This document shows, one piece after another, positions 13,816 through 25,322 of a stretch of 64,000 nt of DNA (its first letter is position 1; every line of letters begins with the position of its first letter). The stretch comes from Podarcis melisellensis. Its lineage: Eukaryota. Location of the stretch: the NCBI GenBank assembly GCA_964234715.1, contig OZ174280.1. One strand, given 5' to 3'. The notes beneath the pieces were generated by a model. That model did not search any database. It saw nothing but the letters and a program-made list of their open reading frames with translations, and had not been told where the DNA came from. Both the position numbers and the translations under genes were made by a program.

Positions 13816-16171
13816 GGGAAGAGAATGCCCCCGCCCTTTGTGGCCCAACGGAGACTGGCCAAAGTTGAACATGATGCCAGCACCTTATTGTGGGAGGCAG
13901 CAGTGGCAGGAACAGGTGCTGGGATTGCATGGTGGAGAGGCTCCCCTTCAGCACTGGGCTGTCAGCTCCCAGGCAGGCCTGGCATACAGCAGGCACAAGA
14001 AATGCCAGTGTAGTGCCTGTTGTTGGTATGCAGAGGGTCACAAGGCCAGCTGGCTAGTCCCAGCTGGGTCGTCTCCTTCCAGTCGCCCCTCTGCGAAGAC
14101 CCATTGGCCTCTGCTCCGATGTAAATCAGTGACCCAGGCTTCAAAGCTAGGGCACACTATAACAGCCGAGCGAACTGTGCACACAGAATAGGCATGAGGC
14201 TTGTGGGAGCATACTACAACTACAGATTTATTAATCATAAATCAGGACAAAGAAACATGTCGTCTCTCTCTTTGTCTTCTCAGAGAGACAGAGAGAAGCA
14301 AAAGCTATACGCACAACAGAAGTTCCCAGCAGACTGTGCTGGTATGTAAACAGACATGTGACATGCAACAGTTCCATGACTGCAACTAAAGGTGGAATGG
14401 ATTTTTCCAACAGTGCCTGCCTGCCTGCCTGTCCTCACACTTGTCTGCCCATTCCCACCACCGGGGGTGTGCAGTTGGTGTGCCTGGGATTTGTGATGCA
14501 TAGTGATGCTTGGCTGCCACTGTAGTGAGCATCGCTGTGGACATGGTGGACACTCCATCTCCTTTTTGCTTCCATTCCTTTGCTGTGCCACTTCCCATGA
14601 GTTATCTATAGCCAGCCTCACAGTTTGTACACACCTGATATGGGTGCCTGCAGCCAGCCTCCCCTTCTTGAGCCTCCTGAGCGAGCTCTAGATCTGGTGT
14701 ACTTTATGCTGGCTTTACTTACACCAGCATAATTTACTCCAGCTTCCTATGCTTCCGTTTGCCCTGTAAGCTTCGGTAAATTGTGCACCTATAGCCACTG
14801 TTTTCCTGCTTTGCACAGAAGCAACTGGCTTCAGAAGTATTTCAGCAGAAGTAATTTTAATTGATCAGCATGCGACCCTAACAGGGCATGTGTAGTTGTT
14901 GCTGAAGAGAAGCAATGTACCTGAAAGAAGCTGGTGGGGGGAGAGGAGGAGGAGGAAGCCAAAGCAACTGAATGGATGGTGCTTTCTATTTAGAGTGGCA
15001 TAGGGGCAAGCCATCCGTAAGTCCCCTTGGAAGAATAAACATGCTTTGTGGGTTTCCCCCTCCCCATTCTCTCTGTAGCAACAGCGTGTAGCAGAGGCAA
15101 GTCTCACTGGAGGTTGATGGCTTACAACAGGTCAAGGTTAGTGGAAATGGGCTCCGGGTCTCTGTGCAGCAGAGCGTACCACATCCATGCTTGTACTCAT
15201 TGTAACACCAGGTCGTACAAGAAAATGAACAGGCTAACATGGTCAGGTGGGTGTTTGGGGGCAAATGGAGCAAGCAAGGGGAGAAGCTGCCAGAGTTGTT
15301 GTCCATCCCCCCCAGCTTATTTGTTTCTTTTCTTATTATTTTCATCTTTTGCAGTTTCCTGGAAAATCAAAGTATTATTTTTTTTCATGTGAACAACCAG
15401 GATGTCTTGACCTTTTCCCCTCCTTTTGCAATAAAAACAGAAAGCAAGAAAGCATTTAAGCCAGTGACTTAAATAAAGCGGCACCTGATTCATAGTTGGT
15501 TTCTTTGTTTTGTTTTATGAATTGCAGCCGTAGAAGCTGCAAAGAGCAGTGGAAACCCAGCACAACCCTTTCCCTGGTGCTATTTTTCTGCTGAATTCTC
15601 CCTAGCTGCTTTTTGCTGGGGTATGTATCTCTACCTATGTAATGCAAAAAGCAGTTTTGATTTTGACTGGGGAAACAGCACATTTCACCCCATGCTGTTC
15701 TTCTCCTTTGGTTTGTAGAGTCCATAGCTGCATTTTAAAAGCAAAAAAGAACAAGGGGGAAAGGCTTCCCCAGGGATACGCTACATGCTACTGAGCCTGT
15801 CATGTCATATGGCCCTCAAGGACAGAAGGGATATATGTTGAAAAGAGAAGAGTTCCTGTTTACCCAGCATGCTGACTACTTAAAAAAAAACCACTGATAT
15901 AATAAAGGGCACAATAAGACTGCAGTACTTTTAATTTGCAATGGTTGCTTCCACAGAGCAGTGTTTTGTGGATGTAGTGATGCTCATGCATGGATGTTTT
16001 CTACAGTGTCCACACATTGAAATGCTCATTGAAATGCTGTCCGATATTATTTTTCCATTTAACCCACATTTACTGTTTCTGCAAAAGAAAATTAAAAAAC
16101 AACATGGAAATAGTGCATCTGCATTAAAGAGGGGGGGAAAGTGGATTGTTGTTGGGGTTTTTTGTTTTTTG

Positions 16172-16620
16172 ATTACCTGTCCTTCATCCTAATGTCCTAG
16201 GGTAGATTATAACATTAAAAAATAATAATAATATTAAAATCAATTTAAAACAATTTGCACTCATACAAATAAGGTGGGTCCTGAAAACATACACCTCAGA
16301 TGTCAAAAGCCAGGGTAAAGGAGTACATCTTCAGCATTCTCCTGAAGCTTTATAATGAAGGTGCCAGATGCCCCTCTGTGGGGAAGGAGTCCCGCAGCTT
16401 AGGGGGCACCACAGAGAATGCCCTCTCCTGGGCTGCCATCTCTCGATCCTCTGAGAGCAGAGGAACTACCAAGATGGCCCCCTTTTAGCACTCAAGAGGG
16501 TCAGTAGGGAAGGAGTCTGCCTTGTGGGTATTTGGGGCCTGAGTGGTTATAGGTTTTAAACACTAACATTAGCACCTTGAATTGGGCCCAGAAACAATCT
16601 GGCAACCAGTGCAGCTATTT
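16172..16620 (-). mobile_element. L2 LINE 3' fragment
   Basis: The minus strand encodes LHWLPDCFWAQFKVL, the L2 ORF2 C-terminal motif LHWLP..R..FK, followed by an AT-rich 3' tail. Confidence 0.85.
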
Positions 16621-19278
16621 TTAGTTCATTTAGAAAAGTACTTACATATCACCATTTTGCAAAGCATCAGGGTGGAGATAAATAAATGAATAAATGTGAA
16701 TGGTCTCAACCAGTCTATATCATCATATCCAGGATACTAAGATGGTGAGTACACTATTTCAAAAATAAGAGAATTTAGAAATATTTGACGCTGACTCCAC
16801 TAGAGCTGCAGTGTTCTTACAGGAAGGTCATTTGTTTAAGGAGCTGCAGGGATCTAGAATAAGGGTCAGTCCTATCAAATAAGATGCATCTGGCTTCTCT
16901 TCTGTTGCATCATGAGAGGTGGCTTTTCCAGCAGAGTGAAAGATTCCCTGGAGTTAGATTATGTAGCAAAACAATTAACCTTTTCTCTGTTGGAAACTAT
17001 TCCTTGCCGATACCTATTAATTGTCATAACCTGTACGGAAGGCAGAACTGCAATGTCAATAAAATATACCCTGTATTACTGCGAGTGTTTGGTACAAGTA
17101 TGACTTTAATGTTTAGCTGCTGAAAAGATGCCAACCATGAGCAAAGAAAGGACAAACTTGTTTCACCCAGTAAGCATCCATCAGATCTGACATCCATCCT
17201 GTATCTCTAGACAAATTAGGAATCATTAATTCTTCATTATGCTGGGGAGTCTTATCCTACCTCGAGTATTCGTAATGTGTCTATTATTCTCACCCACTGC
17301 AAATACAGTTAACCTCAAGGCCATGGGACATCAAGATAGATGGCAGTCAGATGAAAGGGACAAGTTAATGGTTCTTCATATGTCTCATTATAGTACACAA
17401 GCCCTGAACATTTTGTTTTATTGCAAAATTATTCCGGCATTTGTGAATTCCATATCCTGTTACAATAAAATATTTGACCTCCTGTGGTGGCCTCACTGAA
17501 CCTGGAAGATAGTAGCCTGGAGACTGATTCAAAAGATTCCAAGGAAGACGATTTTATGTATAAAATGACTACGCAAATGACTATATAAGATGCGGCTGAC
17601 ACGGTCTTTTTGCACCGGGGTTTCATGATAATTTTTACACCAAAAAAGGCTAAATTCATTCCACTACTTTTCACCTTTTAACAGTTAGCTGCCATTGATT
17701 TTTGCACTTTGCTTACTGACGACAATTCAGTGTAGTCCATTTTGTCTCTAGCTAAGCAGTTTTCATTTATCCTGATGTGTAAACAAGGGGAAAGTGTTTT
17801 GTGTATTTTGTGTATCTCATCATGCAACCAGTTTTTTAGTAAGTATTTGCACTTGTTAGTTAGAAAAATACTTTTTCTAGTTCAATGAAGCAAAATGTGT
17901 GAAGTTGGAAGGCAAGCATGTTGGGAAGACTGGTGATAAAATCAGGATTGCATACCACAGAAAAAAATGGCAGAGAAAAAAATGACAAATGCTTGGTTTA
18001 CGTGCTTTGAACACTGTACCAAGGCAGGGGTTGCCAATCTTTTTAGAGCAGTGGGCACATTTTGAATACTGAGAAAATATCATTGGTACCAGTTACAAAA
18101 TGGCTGCCATGGGAACATGGCATAATACAACATGGTTGGTGTGCCGACATGGTGCAACACAGAATGAAGGAGAATATAGTCATTGCTGTCACCACATAAA
18201 CAACCTTGTGCTTGGGAAGCAAGGGAAGAAAAGAGAGCAGCAAATAACTGAGTACCAGTATCGATGGAACTGTCTAGAAATTTTGTCTGACTGGGCTAAT
18301 AACAAAGGAAAGAAATGTTAAGTGGGGCAGGTTGAAAGAGAGCATGCCTTGGTCAAAGGGAGACAGAGGAATATGAGAGAGTTCACAACCAGAATAAGAA
18401 AAAAGGGAACAATAACCAACAAATTGTACCTAGAGAACTATTGTTATTGCCTGACTTATAAACTGAATTATTATTTTTTAATGCATTAAAACTTTAAAAT
18501 CTTCTCTCTCTCTCTCTGAAGTTTTGTTTAAACCCTCTTGCAACACCCCCTTCCTATCTTTTGCCCTTCTAATGAGATATTTAACTACTTTGTTTATTTT
18601 TTTGTGCACTTTGATTTGTGGAGTTGCTAGGAGCTTTTTGTTCTATTATTCACCACAGGCCTCTGTGAGTATGTGTGTGCGCATACACATGCAAGCCTCC
18701 CCCCACACCTGTGCTTATTATGTGTCATCAGAAGGTGCTTGGCAGTCCACAGCCTTGCCAACTGCCACTAATATATAAACACATCAGTAAAATATATAGG
18801 GTCATCTGATGGTTTGGAAGGTCTTTTATTTCTCACTTCTGTAATCGAAGTAGAAGGGACAGATTGATTTTTTCCCCCTTCTGCTTCTAGAGAAGAAAGA
18901 TAGTTCAAATGAGTTGACTGTACTTCAGGTGACAGACATTACTAGGGATAAACAACACCAGTGAGTCAAGAATGTTATAATCAATGGGAGAGCAGCTGTT
19001 ATTCTGTTCAAGTGGTTTTCTTGTGCTGTCTATGGACTGCTCTCCATCCCTTGTGTTTGGAAGTCCAATTTCCTGTACGTGATACATATTCTGTGTGGAT
19101 GTCTAAGTGGTAGAAGGGGGGCAGTATACAAGCTGCTAATTTGTTGGAAGAACAAATGATGTGGCGTCTATATAAGGCTTTGTGCATAGTGTATTGCACA
19201 GCTGCTGTTTGTTGTGGTATTTGGGTGCATAGCATTAACATATGTAATGTGTTGCTATGGGGCTATGCATTGACTGTA

Positions 19279-19628
19279 AAGGTAAAGGGACCCCTGACCA
19301 TTAGGTCCAGTTGTGGCCGACTCTGGGGTTGCAGCGCTCATCTTGCTTTATTGGCCAAGGGAGCCAGCGTACAGCTTCCGGGTCATGTGGCCAGCATGAC
19401 TAAGCCGCTTCTGGCGAACCAGAGCAGCACACAGAAACGCCGTTTACCTTCCCGCTAGAGCGATACCTATTTATCTACTTGCACTTTGACGTGCTTTCGA
19501 ACTGCTAGGTGGGCAGGAGCAGGGACTGAGCAACGAGAGCTCACCCCGCCGTGGGGATTCGAACCACCGACCTTCTGATTGGCAAGTCCTAGGCTCTGTG
19601 GTTTAACCCACAGCGCCACCCACGTCCC
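19279..19628 (-). mobile_element. Full-length Sauria SINE
   Basis: aaggtaaagggacccctga...cacagcgccacccacgtccc; 13-bp TSD tgcattgactgta (19266-19278 / 19636-19648). Confidence 0.95.
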
Positions 19629-20989
19629 AATGCATTGCATTGACTGTACTGTACTATAAATGGTATACATTTTGGGGTTTGGACTCAAGAGAGCTAGCTG
19701 TGCCTTAAAGCTGATTAAACCTGCTGGTCACGTCTGGTCATACCTGAGGCTGCTGGCTTATGGCTTGAAATAGTGAGGAACAATTTGAATCTTCCTTAAC
19801 TTTAAGGAAAAACAACAGACTGCAGTTGTCAAGTTTGAGCCAGAGATTGAGAAAAACCTGGAGACAGAGAGATTAGTTTGGTCCCTATACTAACAGCATT
19901 TGGGCTGGCTGGGACAGTGAGTTTACTTTGGCTGTTTGTTGGAGTGCTCTAGGTTTTGCATCCACCTATGCCTAGCTGTAGATTTGTAAATAAATTCAAA
20001 TATTCCAGTGACGTCCTTCCAAAGGAAATTAAACCCATGTACACATTAAACCCCTGCAACTGCTCACTGCTCAGAAAAGTAAAGTAAGAGTAGCAATACT
20101 GTTTAAGGTAATATTTTGGGAATGTCATAAATTTTAGTATTTGTGTTGTGCCAAGGAGAGGTCCTGGTTCTAGTGTCCCAGAAAAGATGTCAGATAACAT
20201 TGCCAATCCTGTTCCCTACAAATGTCATGTCGTGCACCCTTTTATATACTGTGCAAAGGCTTAAACCACACAGGTGCACCTAGGCAGCTTATGCCCCTTG
20301 TGCAATACAAGTTGCAGCAATAGACAGCTGTAGCTGCACTCATAAATGGTGTCAACTAACAACACTTCATTTGCCAATGTCAGAGATTAGATTCAGGCTA
20401 TAAAGTAGTCAGTTATGAAAGCAGTGTCATACCAAACTCTGCAAGAAATATACAAGCTTTCATGCTGCACAAATCAGGCATGATTAAAGCATTCTCCAGA
20501 CTTGCTAACCCATGAGGAAAGATCGTGGGGATGAATGCATCAGCGCCATGCTCCCCTCACCCTCCACAAACTTCTGAAGTGGAGACCACCTATGGTGTTT
20601 CCCGGTGTATTTTAAAACCTTCCAAAACGTGTGGGGATCCTCCATGAATATAGGGGCTCCCCACTTCAGAATTTCAGCCTTCAATTCATGTAGGCTGATG
20701 TATGGCTACAGCCAGCATGCTCATTCATTCCCACAGCCTCCATTGTGTGTTAGCACCTAATCCAAATACCTGATGAGGCCTTCTGTCTATGAGTCTACAA
20801 AAACAAACTTGTAGATGAGTTGTTATGTAGAAGCTTGATTCATCACATGTGGCCTGAATCGAGATAATGGATTTAATTGTCTTAGCAATATAGTTATTTG
20901 TCTTATCAGTGCCAGTACCAGGAAGCTTATGTTATTATCAACACTGCTTTGTAAATCATCACTACAGTATTTATTTTCATACATTTAGC

Positions 20990-21190
20990 ATTTTATCCCT
21001 AACTTCTGGCCTCACTATTAAAATTTTATATCTTTTACATCAATGCCCATTTATATATCTGCCAATTTGTCATAACCTTCCATACATCCAATGAAGTGGA
21101 CTCTAGTCCTTTAATGCTTATGCCATAATAAACCAGTTAGTATTTAAGATTGCATAAGAACTTTTGCATTTGTTGCAACTAAACTATCAA
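20990..21190 (+). mobile_element. Old Penelope-like element 3' end with relic hammerhead motif
   Basis: cat-ccaatga-a-gtggact-ct-agtcc-tttaat-gctt-atg followed by ccataataaa...gttagtatttaag, a decayed form of the reptile Penelope pseudo-LTR. Confidence 0.6.
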
Positions 21191-22815
21191 CAACTACCCC
21201 TCTGAAACTTGTACGTTGCTATTCCAGCAGGAATCGGTCCAATGAAATAGATATATAATACCTTGTCATCCCTATTCTCTTGACAGCAAAAGCCATGTAT
21301 ACTGAGAAGGATTTGCAGAATGGAAGATAGTCCCGTAATTGTAATGGCTGTGTATCTTTTTACGACAGTTGTTGACATATTGGTTAGGAAGTCACAATAT
21401 GTACATTTTATATGTTTTATTTGAATAATATTTGTAAGAGTTCATAGGCTTTTGAAACACCAAGCCAACACAAACATTGGCCAACAGAATCTATGCACAG
21501 AAGGAAAAGATGCCACCTATTTTGTATGCCTCTGGGCTGAGCCTGGCACTGACATACAATACGGTGGGCCTCCTATTGAGCTGCCGGTGCCAGTAACTCT
21601 ACATTTCTCTCCTTTCAAGTACTGTCAGCCTCTACTAAGTTTTGCTTGCAAGGTTCATAAAGACTGTCATTCATTGTGGTGTAGCTACATAAACACCGAT
21701 TTGTTGTGCTCTAAATGTTAGTGACTTCACAGCGAAGCTGTTCTAAACAGTAAATCTCTTGTAGAAGAGCCACACTCTCTTTCCTGTTGAATGATATTGC
21801 CACTGCTTTAGACTGTGCTTACTTTAAATAAACTACAGCTGGAGGGGATCTTCCCCTTTTGAATGATGGATTCTGAGGGGTGTTTTTCTCCCCCTAATCC
21901 TAGTTAATGTTACTTTTCTGACTATGTCAGACTATCCAATTAGGCCTAACGATCAGTTACAAGCACCAGCACACTCAAGTGTTCAGTTTTTCAGCCTCTT
22001 TCTTTCTTAATGCACACACCATATTAAATTAAACTCTCTTCCAGTCTGCAGCTTTTACAAGCTAAATGAAGAGACTGTACTCTTTCTTTGCAGCTCTTCA
22101 TCAGATGCAAGAGAATCGTGTGCCCCTTGACTTTCACAAGGTTATTCAAGAAAATGTTTTTTATTCAGTGACTGGGCCTGAGAGACCTGCAAGCAAAGGA
22201 CAGTGTATAGGTGAGCTATTGAGCAAGTGATATAAATTCTTAGGGGTACTTTTGGCCCCATAATAAAATGGTGGCAAATGTAATCATGCAATATTGCTCA
22301 GGTTATTGCTCAGGTTGTGGTTATATCACAGTTTGTATTGTGTTGCAGTTAATGTTCATGTGTCCTTTTTATCTGAATAAGGGCACTCCAGCATGCAGGT
22401 TTTTTGTGTTTTTTAAGAGAGCTGGGATGCAAATTTACTGCTCCTCTATTCACATTAGTGTTCCACTCTTCCCGACAATCCATGTTCAGGAAGGCATTCA
22501 GAAAAGTAAGAGGAAGGGAAGGACTTCATAGCTCTAGCTTTGCAAATGTGAAAGGGAAGGGAAATGAATTGTCTTTTTGGAAGAGTCCCTTTTGCACACT
22601 TGCATCTTGATTTGGAAAGGGTGATGTGGGGGCAGCGACAGATTTCGATACAATCCTATATCTAGAATGGAATTGGAATTGGAAGGAAGCTGCTTTACAC
22701 CAATTGTCCTTTATTCTGGGGTAGGAAACCCAAAGATTTGCCTCTGAACTGTGGTCCTGCCCCACAGCTTGAGATGCCACAATTATGATCCATAGGGTAG
22801 GCACCACATGCACAT

Positions 22816-22852
<37 letters not shown>
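22816..22852. repeat. (CTA)n microsatellite
   Basis: About 12 perfect units. Confidence 0.95.
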
Positions 22853-22853
<1 letters not shown>

Positions 22854-22984
22854 TTATGGCTTGTACCCCATTGCCATGATATATATTTGGTAAGGGTTAG
22901 CACTCACTACTCCGGCTGAAGTATTCTGCACAAGCTGCAACCTCAGGACCAGCCAGAAGAGAAACCTCATACAGGGCACATTAC

Positions 22985-23302
22985 AGAGCCAGCGTGGTGT
23001 AGGAGAGCCAGCGTGGTGTAGTAGTTAAGAGCGGTAGACTCGTAATCTGGTGAACCGGGTTCGCGTCTCCGCTCCTCCACATGCAGCTGCTGGGTGACCT
23101 TGGGCTAGTCACACTTCTTTGAAGTCTCTCAGCCCCACTCACCTCACAGAGTGTTTGTTGTGGGGGAGGAAGGGAAAGGAGAATGTTAGCCGCTTTGAGA
23201 CTCCTTTGGGTAGTGATAAAGCGGGATATCAAATCCAAACTCCTCCTCCTCCTCTTCTTCTTCTTCTTCTTCTTCTTCTTCTTCTTCTTCTTCTTCTTCT
23301 TC
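22985..23302 (+). mobile_element. Squam3 SINE (young subfamily with (CTT)n tail) with duplicated 5' end
   Basis: GAGAGCCAGCGTGGTGTAG head, tRNA-like GGTTCG box, gccgctttgagactcct...gcgggatatcaaatccaaact tail, then (CCT)n(CTT)n; near-identical copy at 46390. Confidence 0.9.
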
Positions 23303-24264
23303 CAGTAGTCTATGATTACCAGCATCTGAACCTGTGAATGTATCACAGCAGGCCTGGGGTTCCAACATCCCATTCACTGATTATTTGAGGGTGCAACAGA
23401 GACAGCAATTTAGGCCTTTTTTCTGCCTTTGTCACTATATCTTAGGCATGGTGGCATGCTTTAAACACTGTTCCATTGGTTTCACACTTGATCTTGCACC
23501 ACTTCTAGTCCAGCCATCCTCCAGCCTACATCATTGTTTGTAGCTCTGAGGAAAACCAAGGAGCACAACAAGCTCCATAGTGTTGAAGTGGGCACCCCCA
23601 AGCTGAACCTCATCTCATTGCTCTACAATAAGGTAAGTGCATCAACAAGAACGACAGGAGTTTTATATCAAGACCACAGTGCCCCTGGTTTGCCACCACA
23701 GTGCTAAATCAAATGTGCAGAACGCTTCTGTACAACAGAAAATGAGAATTTGCTGTCAAAAACACTTCCAGCTAGACATAAATTTTTGGATAGTGTCCCA
23801 GAATGCTCTGGGTGGTCTTTTAAGACTACAGAGCACAGACCACAGTGGGCTATACATTTTGGCAGGGCTATCAGCTTTTTTCATGTCTCCTGCCAGTGAT
23901 AGGATGGAAAACATAACTAAAGATTTGTGAGACTTTTCTTGAAAACATGCCATGAAGTAAATAAATGAGATGAAGAAGGAAACATTTTGTACTAATGCTG
24001 TACAGATGCCAATCTACTTCTTAGTGAGCACCAATACCCCAAGGTAAAATTGGATCTTAAAGCATTCCTCCCCTTGACTATGTAATCTGTGTGGAGTAAC
24101 ACTGTGCATGTGTGTTTTGTTATATCATATGGAGTTATTTGGTTACATATTTATGTTGTTCTTGCTGGAAATGTAATGTAAGCTGTTTGTCCCAAACCAG
24201 CTGAAGTTAATTGACTTTAAGTTCCAATGAGGAGGAGCTCTAAGTACTTACAAAGTACTTCAAA

Positions 24265-24424
24265 GGGCCTCTGGATAGCTCAGTTGATTAGAGTGTGTTG
24301 CTGGTTACACCAAGGTTGCAGGTTTGATCCCCATATGGGATAGCTGCATATTCCTGCATTGCAGGGGGTTGGAATAGATGATCCTTAGGATCCTTTCTAG
24401 CTCTACAGTTCTATGATTCTATGA
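24265..24424 (+). mobile_element. tRNA-Ile-like SINE with CR1 tail
   Basis: Head tagctcagttgattagagtgtg...ccaaggttgcaggtttgatcccc; the 3' ~75 nt align with the CR1 tail at 25025-25100; ends ttctatgattctatga. Confidence 0.85.
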
Positions 24425-24602
24425 GACTTGTCCTGAAATATGCCATGGAGCAGCTGGAACAAACTGAACATGTTGGACAACATGATCCCCTCAGAAGGAT
24501 TGTGTTTTCTGATGGGTTACCTGGGACAAAATGTGACCCATTTGGAGATCATAGTTGGCTAAGGAAGGGCTTTCCAAAACAATCGGTTGGCATGCTAAGC
24601 AG

Positions 24603-25100
24603 CCAGTTCTGGGCACCACAATATAATAAGGATATTGACAAGCTGGAGCGTGTGCAGAGGAGGGAAACCAAGATGATCAAGGGTTTGGAGACCAAGCCTT
24701 ATGAGGAACGGTTAAAGGAATTAGGTATGTTTAGCCTGGAAAAACCTGAAAAAGAGGAAATGTATGATAGCCACCTTCAAATATCTAAAGGGCTGTCACA
24801 TGGAAGATGGAGCAAGCTTGTTTTCTCCTGCTCTGGAGGGTAGGACCCAAACGAATGGATTCAAGTTACAAGAAAAGAGATTCCGACTAAACATCAAGAA
24901 GAATTTTCTGACAGTAAGAGCTGTTCAACAGTGGAACAGACACTCTTAGGAGGTTGTGGACTTTCCTTCATTGGAGGTTTTATGCAGAGGTTGGATGGTC
25001 GTCTGTCTTGGATGCTTCAATTAAGATTTTCTGCATTGCAAGGGCTTGACCTAGATGGCCCTCAGGGTCCCTACCAACTCTACATTTCTATGATTCTTTG
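24603..25100 (+). mobile_element. CR1 LINE 3' fragment (ORF2 C-terminus plus 3' UTR)
   Basis: [47 protein letters not shown] and, after a frameshift, FKYLKG...NGFKLQEKRFRLNIKKNFLTVRAVQQWN; terminal ttctatgattct. Confidence 0.95.
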
Positions 25101-25207
25101 TACAGCCACCTATGGAGGAAAACAGAAGTGTCAAGGGGTTAAGAGGCATGCTCAGAGTGCCAACAAGACTGGGCACCTGGAAAACACCTTGACATCTCCT
25201 GTTAAAA

Positions 25208-25322
25208 CAGGGATGGGGAACTTGTGGCCCTCCAGATATTGTTGGATTCTTAATGGCCAGTGGTCAGGTATGATGGAATCTGTAATTCAACAACCTCTGG
25301 AGGCCACAGATTCCCCACCCTA
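25208..25322. mobile_element. Palindromic hAT-type MITE (same family as 5339-5462)
   Basis: cagggatggggaacttgtggccctccaga...tctggaggccacagattccccacccta inverted ends. Confidence 0.75.

Noticed and set aside
13523-14191. Longest ORF in the window (222 aa)
   Set aside because: It begins in a GC-rich hAT element copy. Its N-terminus simply mirrors ORF 11133-11477 in the other copy, and it has no recognisable domain.
17484-17588. Protein-like frame VVASLNLEDSSLETDSKDSKEDDFMYKMTTQMTI*
   Set aside because: An in-frame TGA lies just upstream and there is no splice acceptor
20769-20850. CTGATGAG motif (also near 44268 and 51363) as a possible hammerhead
   Set aside because: No stem II followed by a GAAA box; the 20.8-kb site looks like a decayed palindrome
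22981-23377. ORFs with poly-K, poly-E and poly-L runs
   Set aside because: These are translations of the (CTT)n SINE tail
24265-24345. Possible tRNA gene (also the heads at 12942, 23003 and 35762)
   Set aside because: These are degenerate and fused to SINE bodies and tails, so they are SINE heads rather than tRNA genes
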